64,000 nucleotides of DNA from Octopus sinensis. Its lineage: Eukaryota. This document shows positions 11,609-24,162 of this stretch, piece by piece; the stretch's first letter is position 1; each line of letters opens with the position of its first letter. The position numbers and the translations under genes are program-made. The notes under the pieces are model-generated. The model was not told the DNA's origin. It ran no database searches and saw only the letters and a list, made by a program, of their open reading frames with translations. The DNA lies in assembly GCF_006345805.1 (NCBI RefSeq), contig NW_021835999.1, positions 62,001 through 126,000 on the forward strand. Direction: 5' to 3'.

Positions 11609-13278
11609 ATCATGGATTATATGGACAAAATGGTTGAGGAATATTTGATTTTCCACGGCCTTGAAGAAACTGCAGCAACATTTAAACATGAAAGGGAAAA
11701 GGTAAACTCGAAAAAAAAGGTTAAGCAAATATGAAATAACCTAAGAAGACAGATGCAGTAGTTGTCCAAATTTTAGACTTTATCGAAAAGTTAGAAATTG
11801 AAAATCTGGTTGAGTTCTGGAATTACTTGCGGATTCATTTTTTCAGCCAGTCTTTGAAATTGACCAAAAGATTTTGGAAATACAAAACTCAATATTCAGT
11901 TCATATCTTATCTCGGCTACAGTCAAAAAACGGCGTGATAAAATAATCGAATTTTTTGAGAAAATAATTCCTAAACTTCCTAACAGGTTTCACTGGTCAC
12001 CGTGGATAAATTGTATTTTGATTACGTAATATTCAGCACTGACTAACCCTACCGAAACAGAAATGCTAATCCGGAAATTTGATGAAAAATGGAAAATTAA
12101 ATTTGTCATTTCCCTTCGAAATCTGGTCTTTTTGACATTCTGCAAAGTCCGTAAGTATTTTTATTTAACTTTTACGTAGACTCTCCTGATCTGTTACGCT
12201 TGCTAAATGAGAGACTGACTATTAAGTTCTGAATGCCCAGATTGATTATTATGAGTTTATTTGTTTAAATAGCTATAAATCTAACAAGAATGTCCTGTAA
12301 ATGGACTAAGGAAGTTTGTAAGCACTATTTCCATTACAGCTCGTCTTTTTGTTGGAAAAGTCGTTTTTGAAAAATATATTTAAAGAAATTTTATTATTTT
12401 TAGTGTTCTGTTGTAGATATTTTTGGGCCATGGCACTTTATGAGATTGTTTTTATTTGTGGAAGAGTTTCTAACATTTTCTAGTTTTCCGAATTGAATTT
12501 AAAAGCAATTTTCAAGTCAGTTTAATCTGAAAGAATTTTATCGGTACATTCTGCAAGAGGCTCTCTGTTGTTATCAGGACATACAATATAATCAGTCTGA
12601 CAGGAATTAGTATTAATATTCTCGTCTGCTACCGAGAATGGGACTATTTTGCGTATGACTATTCGGCGTGGATAATATAGTATAATGGACTATAATGGAC
12701 TGCAGCAATAGTGACAGATAGGTCATTTAGTGAGATTTGTTTAACAAGCGCACCGCAAAATCAAAGACCGATAGGTTACTGAGGTTTTGCTTGCACCAGC
12801 CTCACAAACAGAACTTTTGGTACTTCTAGATTTCATGCTGCACGAAATAAGGCTCTAACTTAATCACGTTATAAAAGATCGTTACGTTCCATCCGGAAGT
12901 CCATATATGTTTGAAATGTCGCCACTCAGTATAGCGACATTTAGCTCTTTTTAAATTGATAAAAGATCTTGTTTGATATCTTACGTGGCAGTGGCAAAGC
13001 CATTCTGAATCCCAAAATCCACAAATTTCCTTTGGCCTACCAAAACTGATTAATTGATTTTGTTTTTTTCAAATTAATCATAAATATTTTTTTTAAATTT
13101 TCTACGCCGAATAGTCCAGTGAACATTATTCTTGCAAAGTTTTAAATTTGGCGTTCTTTCCCTATATGTTAATTATAACATATTTTGAAAGTGGAAATTT
13201 TGAAATATAAAAATTATTGAATAATAATAAAATAATCAAAATTGATACTTAATCGAGTTTGTTGCTGTTGTGTTTCTA

Positions 13279-15875
13279 ATGTATACATTAAAAAGTCCAT
13301 TCGGAGGATCATCATTAAAATTTAGTGATGAAAACACAGAATCAGTACCATTTTAGTCTAAATAAATTAAAATATAAATATATACCACTTATAGATATTA
13401 AATGAACTCATCGAAATCTTCAGGTAAACTTTTTAACTAAATTTCAAGCATTTTGGTCAAAAACGAAAATTCTTTCCAAAATCAAATCGACAACATCCTC
13501 TACAACTCCCAAAACGGGATCAAAAAAATATTTTCAATGTTCAACAAACAAATAAAAATTTTCAACGAATTTCACGGAATCCCGAAAGCTCAAAAGTGGC
13601 CCACGGAATCAATAATACACGTGCTTGAATACACATACAGTCAGACAATCGACAACCCACGGAGTCTAAAAAATTATAAACCGTTTTCCCCTCAAGTTTA
13701 CGGCGAGACTCTCCCAAAGATGGTCGAGGCCATTCTTGAAAATTTGGGAAACACGGAAAATGATATTTTCTTAGACCTTGGGAGCGGTTTAGGCGATTTT
13801 TTTATCATTTTTGTAGGGGTTGGACAGGTTGTGCTGCAAGTAGCCGCCTCCCGCCCCTTTCGGTGTTGTATTGGAATAGAATCAGCTCAGATTCCGTCAA
13901 AATATGCTACGGTTGAATTGAATTGTATACTTTTAGTGTTTATTAGACCGTTTTAGTACATTAATGTCGTTTTTCGGCCAATTCATGAGTCCTGTTGAAG
14001 TATTCATTTTTTTAGATAGTAGATAAAACATGGAGATTTTTTGGACGAAAGATTCAGAGAAATTATCCAATCTGCCAGGTATTTCTTAGTTTTTGCTGTG
14101 TTTGTTATATATATTGTTATTTCGTAATATTTTAGCATAATTTTTGTCAACAATTATTCGTTTGGGGCTGAACTAAACAATCGGGTAGTTTTGTATGTAT
14201 TAAAGTACTTTAGTTGGCCGATTTATTCTCCCAGTTGGCCGATGGGACGAGAATTATTTCGGTTATTCCTTTTTGCAGTAAAAACAGACGAATTTGCGAT
14301 AGAACACAGTCTGGTGATTACTTTTGTAATTTCAAAGATATTTCCGCGATGATGAGGGTAACGGAAATAGCCACGGTGGCAAACGGGGTCTCCTGGACAA
14401 TGGACCCCATAACCTACTATTTGCACACCGTTGATTTGACCATGGTGATTGTTTGTTCAGTATTAGTAGATTGAAGAGTACTATCAATCCAAAAGCCGAG
14501 AAAACCTCACAAACCTGGAAATGTGGATTTTTCCTTGACGTTTGAGGATTTTTTGTTGGGAATTGAAAGTCCGGAATTTGCTGACTCAGTCAAAAACGTG
14601 TTGGAACAGCTCAAGGTTAATTATAGACGTTAAGTGATGGCAGAGTGCTAACCAACAGCTTAAACTAAAGATAGAGGATTTAGAAAATGAGATCTCGTCA
14701 CTGGAAAGAATTATTATCGAGAAATATCAAAATAAATTCTCAAAAGTAATTTCCACGTCAAGATTTTGTAGTTTTCTTCAGTGGAATTCGGCATTGATAG
14801 TTTCATCGACTGCTACAATGCAAGTGTGGATGAGTATTTCTTTTTGTGTGATCAGCTGCGTCAAAAAACTGACCAAAGCACGAATCAAGTCAGTTTTGAA
14901 CAGTCTCGGCTACATCTCGACGGGCCGCAGAATTCATCACAGGAAAGTTTTGATTCGAGTTCTTCTGAGGAAGGAGAGCTTGCAAGTTCGTCGGAATTAG
15001 AAAGCATGTCCAATTCTATAGACAAGCCTGACATTGAGGAGTCTTTGAGCAATTTGAATTGTTCATCCTTGTTGAGATTGCGACGTAGAATTATGAGGAA
15101 GATTGAGGACTGTTCTGCAGTGTCCAGTTCTGTGGAAGATATGAGTTCGCCGACTTCAGCTCACTCAAGTCCAGTCAGTGAAGGAGTCAGTAGAACGTGT
15201 CCGGAAAATCAAAAAGGAGTGGTCAATACTGATTTAAAGTCTTTGGTTTATGGCAACTCTACTGTCAACAAACCGACAGTTCAGTGTGAAGAGAATAATG
15301 AATTGACAGAGGATAAGTCTGTGTTTAAAGATAAGTGCAGTCGACTGTCTTTCAAGATTAATCGACCACAGAAAAGGAAGTTTCCTGCTCAGTATTTTAC
15401 CGTGAATAAACTTCGTATGCCAAAGAAGAATGAGACAGTCGATGAGCAAGTTCCTCAGATGAAGACTTGTGTGAAGTCACCTCAGATGACTAACCAATCT
15501 CAGAATGTTTTAAATGAGTCAGAATATCGACAGCCATGCCCACGTGCCACTCATAATATGAGTACAGCACCACTTTTTTATGATAATTTGATTGATGGAA
15601 TGTACTACCAATATCCTCCGCATGAAGGTCGTTTTCCACACAATCCATATCGTCAGATTAGTTATGCTTCTTCTTATGTTCCGTGGGATCCTTTTCATTA
15701 TCGCCCGCGTTCAATTCCTGGCGAGTATTTTCCAGATTTTGGGAGAAATGTAGATTTGGGGCAATTTCGCAATCGTGCTAATTTTATGGGGGGTTTTCGG
15801 TTGCCAAATCGGTATCCTCCGCGACGAATAAGTTGTTCTAACCACTATTATCGATATTGGAGACCTGGTTTGTAA
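13279..15875 (+). CDS. DOT1L: Histone H3K79 methyltransferase DOT1L, copy 1 (apparent 1-bp deletion at ~14491)
   Basis: MYTLKSPFG, YKPFSPQVYGET, FLDLGSG|VGQVVLQVAA (30-nt intron 13787-13816), IFVNNYSFG, GVSWT motifs; long low-complexity last exon. Confidence 0.9.
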
Positions 15876-16224
15876 TTTATACTTTTTTCTACATGTAATG
15901 ATATTTACTTTTTGTATGATTTAATTTATGGTTTTTATTCACAAAGTATTAGATTAGTTGATTTTTACTGTAAAAGTATTTTAAATGAACTAGGTCAGAT
16001 ATTAAAGGAAGCATTGTTTATATAGGAAGCATTGAGTTGGGTCCCCACCAAATCAGGGTCTCTTTAGTCAGGGATCATCCTCACCCAATTCCACAGGTCT
16101 TTTGGCATTGAGGAGCAGGCCTACCAGCAAGTTCAAGCCCAGTCATATTCACAGTTTTTCGAATTTAATATATTAAAGAATGCATACACTCAGAAAGAAT
16201 ACATACACTTTCTTATAAAAGAAT

Positions 16225-18804
16225 AAGAAAGTCTTTTTTGATATCAAGTCAAAAATACAGTAAAACCTCTCGAATCCGCCGATTTTGGGACCCACCAAAT
16301 TTATAATTGAAACATGAACTTACCTGAATACATAAAATTATTTATATTCAAAAAATCAGAAATTTTATGTTTTTTAGTTAATTTTCTTAACATTTCCCTA
16401 GTTCGCATAATATTTTCATGATCATCTAAATCTGCATTTACATGAGAATAAATTTTAATAATCTTTAGAGCTCTGAAAGCTTCTGAAAGATTAACTCTTT
16501 TGTCATTTGATTCCTCTTCAATAATTGTTTCCTAAGTATAATTATTAAATAAAATCACTAACTGATTGAACTTTTTTGACTGTAATATATCAGCTTGTTC
16601 AGATTTTTCTAAAAATTCCATTAGCTCTTCATTTTCAGTATATCCATAATCAACAAATTCACTATAAAATATTGGATCGTCAATTTGAAATTTCTTAATT
16701 ATTTCTTCGTCATTGTTTTTGTAGTTCTTAGATTCACTCTTGATTTTGATTGTTTCACATTTTATCCATTGTGCATGACGGAAACAATTTTTGATGGTCG
16801 TAGGAGTAACTTTATTCCAAGCGAAGAGTTTTAATGTCGCAGCAGTTTTAAGGGTGATTGGATTAATTGCATTTTGACAATTTTCCCCTGCCTCAACCTT
16901 TTCGATTATATCATTTATTTTCAAATTGGTAAATTCGGCTTTAAAGCATTTTATAATTCTTTGATCCATTGGTTGCAAAACCGAGGAAGTTCTGGGCGGC
17001 AAAAAACGAATTTCAATTAACGTGACAATAATGAGATGGGCATTGATCTATTGCAAGTAAAATTTTTATTTTTTTCTTCACAAGTTCACAATCAAAATAA
17101 CTGAACCAGCCACTTGTTAAAAATTTCACGGTTCATCCATGCCTTATTGGAATGGGTGTAGGTAACATATTTTCCAGTGTTGAAATTTTTAAAACCCCTT
17201 GGACTTTTGAATCCTCGTATCATTACATGTCTTCTTTTATCGAAACAAGAACAATTTGCGCATAATAGTAAAGAAAATCGATCCTTCGACAACTTTATTC
17301 CAGACCTTGATTTAGTGCACACACTTTTAAAAAGAATCGCCTTGTAAAAAACACCAGTTTCATCTGCATTATAAACATTATCCAATCCATATTGTTCAAT
17401 TTTTAAACTGATTGTTTCATTAACTCCAGTAGATTCCATTAAGTCAATCCGTGTTATCATCGCTACATCAATTTCATTAAATTTGAGTTTTAGAATTCTC
17501 GTTATGTTTAATTTTTTGCTATCAGTCTTATTCAAAAGGTCCGATTTTGATTTAATGTCGTTTATAGTTCTCGGTGAAATTTTCTTTTTGAATCGTGAAG
17601 AAAAAATCCTAGAAATTTGAGGTGCAGAAACAAATGGGTTGTCAGAAATATAACGTAGTATAGAAATTTTTTCGTTGATAGAAAGTCTAACACAACAAAG
17701 CATCACAAAAATACAATTTAACGTGTAATAAAAATTTTTCATAATACTTGAGGAGCGGATTCGAGAAAAAAGCGGATTCGAGAATCATTCATAGGATATT
17801 TCAAATTTTTGATTAAAACAAGCGGATTCGAGAAGTGGCGGATTCGAGAGGTTTCACTGTACCTCCAAAAATCGTTCAAATGTTCGTGGAAGAGGAAAAC
17901 GTGGAGAACATTGAGTATCTCGATTTCTATGGGTATTGATAAATCATTAATTTTTAAGTACACATGAAAGTTCATTAAAACGAGAGAAAGCAGTAATAAT
18001 GCCCAACAAACACTTCAATTCATTCCAAAAACAAATAAAAAAAGCAGTGGAGAACACGCCGACTTGCTCGAGGCTGGAGGAAGCAGCCATCAATGAACTT
18101 ATGAACGGAATTTACCAAGATGTCCTGCCAAATGACCATAAAATAGTGGCAGTCTTCCCCGACCACTCGGAACCAAAGGACCCCGACTACAATCAAGTGT
18201 CAGTGGACAACTGTAACCCTTAGACCTCACTTGATGGGATTGGGCGTGAAGTCCGCCCTCAGGAGTGAGGGATTCAAGGTTGGGGATCACTGTGGAGTCA
18301 GTGAGGGACGGGAAAGTGAGGGTCACAATATCTCAAACAGGCAAGGTGGTTACGGTTGGGATGTCGGAGATCAGTTCGGTGACCGTGGACGAGTACAACT
18401 GGAAAAAAGGGGGTTCAGTGTTTTGGTATACTTGCAGATATCCTGGGAACGACTCGGATTGTTGACTGAAACCGAATCTGCTAATTCTGTGTGCAAATTT
18501 TCTCTACAGGATAGTGGGGAAATGATTTTTGGTAGTTTGGTTGTGTGATTCGCAGGACTCAAACAACGACATTTGCAGCCTGTGATTCCCTGCAACTCAG
18601 AGGATATGGTCTATCTCCTCCGGGGGTCCTGCGTCGGGAAGGATGGTTTGTAGTGTCAGTCAAATTGGCACAGTCGTCAAGAAAGATCGGTCAAGGAATA
18701 TGGCCAGTGTCAAACTCACTGCGGGCATGTTCTCTACTCCTGTTCTCCTCCCATATGACGATATTTGCTGCATAATCCCCGAACTCTTTTCCTGCATTAC
18801 TTGA
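16225..18804 (+). pseudogene. GPKOW: GPKOW (G-patch/KOW splicing factor) pseudogene split by the Tigger element, copy 1
   Basis: DPDYNQVSVD, RPHLMGLG, GLKQRHLQ.VIP, GTVVKKDRSRNMASVKL...LPYDDIC resemble GPKOW; the frame KKVFFDIKSKI|PPKIVQM continues across the Tigger TA site; frameshifts and deletions. Confidence 0.6.
16258..17859 (-). mobile_element. Tigger/pogo DNA transposon, degenerate DDE_1 transposase
   Basis: TIR CAGT(A/G)AAACCTCTCGAATCCGCC, TA flanks, subterminal GCGGATTCGAGA repeats, VYNADETG and PPRTSSVLQPMDQ motifs. Confidence 0.9.
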
Positions 18805-19213
18805 ATATTAAATATGTCTTATTTATTATGAGTGGGTAGGAGTAGGTCGATTTCGGTGTTGTATTAAACAAGGATAAATTAATAAACGTGGCTCACAAAT
18901 ATGATGATTATACTATTCAACACATTTTTGACAGGCATGTCAGTTTTGTACCTTCAACCAGCATAATAGTAGGTCCTCTATTTCGGCACTATGAATAATT
19001 TATGTATTTTCTCCATTTTGATTTGTTTCATGCGACTTTGACAAGTTAATTCAATCTGGATGAACACGATCATATTCTTCGTCTTTAGAAATATCCGGCT
19101 TGTTATTTTTGATTGTCGTACCAACTCCTATTTCAGAAAACAATTTCGCCACAACAAATTGGACTGACTACGTTTTGACTTCCTGATCTTCCAAATTTCC
19201 TGAAAAAGTGCAT

Positions 19214-19602
19214 TTAACAACTTTCCTGAACAAATGGGGCCTCATATTCTCCAAAATATGATTGTATGAGGTCGTCATAATTTATACCAGGAGGGGGCTC
19301 ATATGCATTCCAGCAGTAGTAAGTAGGTTTATATTCCTCATAAGATTGCCAAAGGACATCTTTTGCCCAAATTTCTTCATAAAAGATGTAGATATTTTTT
19401 TGCCCTTTTTCTCTTTTTAAGATTTTCGGGTTGTTATAATACAACCTTAAACCGCGGTTGAACTTGTCTCTCAACTCCCCCACATTCTTGCTAGTTCAGT
19501 TGGAATGGTAATGCGAAACGAATTCGACATCCCAATCCACGAAAGATAAGGGCACTTCTTGTTTAGATTTTCAATAAGAAATTGATATAAACAAATCTTC
19601 AT
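19214..19602 (-). pseudogene. ETS-domain transcription factor pseudogene, copy 1
   Basis: MKICLYQFLIENLNKKCPYLSWIG..FRIT.P.ELARMWG /frameshift/ DKFNRGLRLYY...IYIF follows the ETS consensus. Confidence 0.7.
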
Positions 19603-21084
19603 TTCAAAGTAGTATTCATCATTTACAGAACGCAAAACACGTATTTATATTGTTCGTGGAGACGTAAATTATGGCAATTTTTGTAAATTTACGCCTTTTT
19701 ATTAAAACGGCGTCAATTCCGGTTTGTTTTAAGGGTTAACTCGTAACTATTAAATATAAATGAATTTACACCTGCTCTCTGTGGTAATGACTTTATTTTC
19801 CTATCCATCCAAATCTATTTAGCTGTTTTAGACACGTAAAAATTTTAAACAGCCCTGCCGCTAAACGACATGTTGACATCTCGCTTAGGCAGCCACACTT
19901 TTTTAAACTTTGTAGACGAGTTGTCGCTAAACGGTTTAAAAGTTACAATATTAACCATCATTTTACAACATCTCAAATTGGACTTTTGTGAAAGTTTTTT
20001 GATTAAGAAAAATCTTCATGATTAAAATAAATGGATTATCAATGGACTTTCCAAAACAAATAAATATGGTTATCCAGGACATATTATAGAATCTCAAACT
20101 TCTATGAAGAGCTTCATTGTATTAAATTGATAAGACTAGTCGGAATAAGGTCCATTTGATCTTTTTTCTAAGCGGACAAGACCGCATCCACTTCTTCCTA
20201 GCATTCAAGAAAAAAAATGGCGTCATGGAGTCAGAAGAAGCCACAATTCAAGTATAAATTATCAAAAAACAGTTTTATTATTTGCAAAAACATTGCAGCC
20301 TCAGAATTGATTAAAACAAAGTCAAACAAATTTCACATTAACCAATCAAAAAAGAATCGGGAAAATTTTAGGCGAAGACTCGTAAAGCTTATAATGTTTT
20401 CATTGTACAACAATTATTAGGAAAAATGAAATACAAAACCAAGAAGACATTTCTTTCAGAAAAATTGATACTTTGGTTAGTCTGAATTGCACAACTTGAG
20501 AAATATACTACCACATAAACAACGGGATCGACACTCAGCACGTCGTATCATTGGACAGACAAGTTCTGGATACCGCCTTTTCGATGATTAGCCCGTCCTT
20601 CAAACACGTTTATTTCCTCAAGTTAGACTTAGAGCCAATCTAGTGATTTGATCGAGTCCCTTGTCGAGAATGTGCAGGAGGACTATTTGTTGGGTGTGAG
20701 GAAGGCAATAGGTGAGACACACGTTTGAACTTATAAGTGAACTTTGTGCTCGACAATGTCAAACCCCTCCAAATGCACGGAATAAACTCCCCTTTCACAC
20801 ACCAAAGTGACATTGGCGTTATTTCCAAGCCATGGGAAGCCGAGTTTAAAAGGAATCTGAAAAATGTAAACAGAATTATCAATATAATTAGACACTAATT
20901 GAATTATCGTACTGGCAATCTGAGGTTCATCGGCACAGAAAGACTTAATAGACCAATCGAACTAAAAGACTCTTACAGGCACTGTCTCTAGAGTGCGTCA
21001 AAGACACGTTGCTCAAAAAATATTGCATATCATTTTGCCAGGTGGAAACCGTCTCGTTTACGAAAACATCATAATAATTGGAAA

Positions 21085-21545
21085 AACTGGAATGTTCAAG
21101 CACCGATTTGTTTTACTATTTCGCCAACTTTTATGATCTAGAAAACTAATAACACAAAGCAATTTTATTTTGATTATCGTTTCAAATCATATTTTAGAAA
21201 AACCACTGACAATTAAATCATAACTACCAAGAATTTTGAAAATAAAAACACCTTATTGTAAATCTTTAATAAAAAAAGTTGCAGAGATAATCGCAAAAAC
21301 TGGTTGCATTATTATTTTAAATTGTTTGAATTTATTTATAAACGATATCTTACAAAAAATTCTCCAAATATTATGAAGACTATTCCATTAAGCAACGACA
21401 CTATACGAAGAAGAATTGATCAAATTTTTTATAAAATTGAAAAATCCTTAATTTTACTTTTTAGAGAACGCAAGTTTTCAGTCCAACTTGAGGAATCAGT
21501 TTTCGTTGATAACCAGTCAATTTTATGGCATATGTAAGATATTAC
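21085..21545 (+). mobile_element. hAT (Charlie/ZBED5-like) transposase remnant
   Basis: IPLSNDTIRRRID, FSVQLEES motifs; the 21085-21230 segment recurs at ~50910 and ~61131. Confidence 0.65.
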
Positions 21546-21676
21546 TCTTTATAAATACTTTGTCACATGCCTCAGGGATTACTATGCCCCACTCGTTACC
21601 TCCGAATTATTTCTGAGAAATAATTGATTAATGATTTTTCAATTTTTTAGAAAAATTAATAATCAATCACAACGAC

Positions 21677-21923
21677 TTGAATTGAATTGAATTGAAATGT
21701 TTATTTTCTATGTAACAAACTCGTCACTAGATTAAAAGGGGAGAGAAGAGCCAAACGAAACCAAGGAGACGGAAGAAACAAGTTTGTTTGCTGATTGGGG
21801 TCAATTCTAATGGGACACCAGATGTCCCTTCGATAAAAATAACGACCCCTTGCACCACTATTTATTTAAGTGATGCAACAGTTTTTCAATGGATCGTACC
21901 GATTCGTGTTTTTCATTTTTGAG
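21677..21923 (-). mobile_element. LINE 3' end with (TTCAA)n tail
   Basis: Flanked by AATCACAACGAC at 21665-76 and 21924-35; AATAAA then tandem tail on minus strand. Confidence 0.65.
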
Positions 21924-21935
21924 AATCACAACGAC

Positions 21936-23377
21936 GAACGAACGAAGAATTTTATTGTAAGAAAGAAGAGCGAGACAGAAAATTAGTGCGGAAAGTAATT
22001 TTGACGAGACGATTGCTTTGGGCATTCGAGCTCTTCCATGGTTCGTCCGCTTTGTCTGTCTATGAGCAGGGACACCTGCTATTCTCCACGATCGATGAAT
22101 AGGTCAGTTACTTTAGAGCGTTTCCGAAAAGTTCGGATAGAAGCCTCGATGGCCTGCCGTAGCTCTGGAGACTTGCTCTCCGCCCAGCTTGGGACAGGCT
22201 CCCATGGATTTAGCATATAGGCTAGTTTTAGAGCGTATCTCCGTATTTTTTCGCATTTTCGCAGAATTTTCTCATATTGTTTCGAGTAGAACCAAGCTTC
22301 CATACCATACAGTAGGCTGGGCAAAATTGTTGCATGGTATACAAATAGGAAGGTATTTGGATTCAAGTGCATGCTTCTTAGGAGTCGGAGAGCGGCGATG
22401 GCTTTCCCTTTTCTCCGTTTGAAATGCAAATGGTATCTCGAGTTTGCGTCGATTGTGAGCCCCAGGTAACGTATGCTCTCAGGGCGAGCAATTTCCACCA
22501 AAGAGCCGGGTTTGCGATCTTGCGACTTTCTTGGGTTAATTTGGAGATATGCAGATTTGTCCATGGCCAGCGAGAGTCGCTTACCAATGCACCAATTCTT
22601 TATCTCCTCAATGTAGCCGGCAAGTCGTTTCTCCGAGGCATTGGTGTCCATCGAGGTGTCCAGAACGAGAACATCGTCCGCGTAGAGGAGTAGGGATGTC
22701 CTGGGATCGGAGGGTGTGGGGAAACTGCTCATTACCAAATTGAAAAAGATTGGGCTGAGACAGGACCCCTGCGGAACCCCCCTTCGGAGCGAAATATATC
22801 TTGAGAAGAAGCCCGACTCAGAGATAAAAGAGTAGCGATTTGAGAGGAAGCAGCGCATCCAGAGGAAGACTTCCGCTGTTGGCTCACAGAGTTCGATCCT
22901 TTCCAGGAGGTCTCTGTGCCAGACGCTGTCAAAAGCCTTTGAGATGTCCAGACATACAAGAGATAAAGTTTCTTTAAACTCCGTTGCTCTCGAGATGGTG
23001 GACTGTACCGTAATGAAACAGTCACCGCAGCTACGTCCAGAGCGAAAACCCCATTGCTGCGGGAGCAGCACTTTCTTCTCTTCGGCGTGGAAGTCGAGGC
23101 GCTTGGCCATAATTTTCTCCATCAGCCTTGAGATAGTTGGGATTAGGCTTATGGGACGGTAGCTGCTAGCGAGATTCACCGGTTTCGCAGGCTTTTTGAT
23201 CATCCGGACCTCTGAGATTTTCCATTTTTCCGGCACATGGCCCCATTTGAGACTTGCCGTAAACAGATCCGCGAGGAACACATGTAGGTCTTCGGGTGCT
23301 TCCTTAAACAATCGCATCGGTATTTTGTCATGGCCCGGTGCGTTGCCTTTTGACGAACGGATGGCCCAGGTCACCAA
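21936..23377 (-). mobile_element. 5'-truncated Jockey/I-like LINE with open RT domain and (TTCG)n tail
   Basis: ORF 22079-23383: YRPISL, QWGFRSGRS, LDISKAFDSVWH, GVPQGSCLSP, YADD, YLG; TSD at 21924-35 and 23378-89. Confidence 0.9.
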
Positions 23378-23814
23378 AATCACAACGACATAAAATTCAA
23401 CCTATATATTAGGTTAATTAGAGTACAATTTAATGATATACTAAAAGATGCTTTAAAACAAATAAATTAAAATAATATTTTTATACAACAAACCATTTTG
23501 ACTGATAAGCACATTAAAACATATTTTAAAAATGTGAATTGTGTAAAACGCTTTAAAGGCACATAATTTGATAGTTTTATAATTAACTCTAACCAGTTTT
23601 TAGTTTTATTTAAAACATTTTTTGAAATGTAAAAGATAAAGGTTTAAAATCATCTGTAGATCTCTTATAAAAAACTCAAACTTTATCCAGTTTTTTAGTT
23701 TAAAATCATATATAGATCTGAAGTTTAAAACGAAAAATTAAATTTGTCCTTTTTGATTCTTTTCATGTGAACAATCTTTGTATCTCCATTCGAAAATTCT
23801 ACTTTAAATTTTTT

Positions 23815-23960
23815 CAAACCCTAAACCCAACCAATTCCCTAACCTTCACCCTAACCTTCACCCAAACCCTAACCTTCACCCAAACCCTAACCTTCACCCA
23901 AACCCTAAGCTTCACCCTAACCCTAACCTATACCCTAACCTATACCCTAACCATAACCAT
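23815..23960. repeat. Degenerate (CCCTAA)n telomere-like array inside the Ginger-like element
   Basis: ccctaaccttcaccctaacc... hexamer periodicity. Confidence 0.85.
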
Positions 23961-24162
23961 GAGATAAAACAGCATGCTTAATTTATTGTTTTTTAATGAT
24001 AATGGTTAAGCATTGAAAAAATAAAAATCCATAATATTATTAATTTTTAAATTAATAAGTAAATATATTTCAATCATTTAAATATTTTAAATTGAAATTT
24101 TAAAAATTTAGAGCAATGGTAACGAGCGGGGCATGGTAACGAACAGGGCATGTGACATACTT

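Larger units (their letters stand above)
10664..12232 (+). pseudogene. WDR91: WDR91-like N-terminal (LisH/CTLH-like) gene, copy 1, interrupted by retroelement and apparent 1-bp deletions
   Basis: DKMVEEYLIFHG...FWNYLRIHFFSQ...DKIIEFFEK resembles WDR91 N-terminus; insertion 10687-11608; missing G at ~11855 relative to copy 2. Confidence 0.6.
21561..24157. mobile_element. Ginger-like non-autonomous DNA transposon (TGT...ACA) with nested LINEs
   Basis: TIR TGTCACATGCC.../...GGCATGTGACA with GCCCC.CTCGTTACC subterminal match; 5-bp TSD TACTT (21556-60, 24158-62); absent from duplication copy 2. Confidence 0.75.

Noticed and set aside
20500-20880. Possible additional pseudogene (VTLVCERGVYSVH, faintly BTB-like)
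   Set aside because: Similarity too weak to call without a search
23767-23967. True telomere, or TLTFTQ-repeat protein
   Set aside because: Short, degenerate and internal to a TIR element; the ORF is a repeat translation
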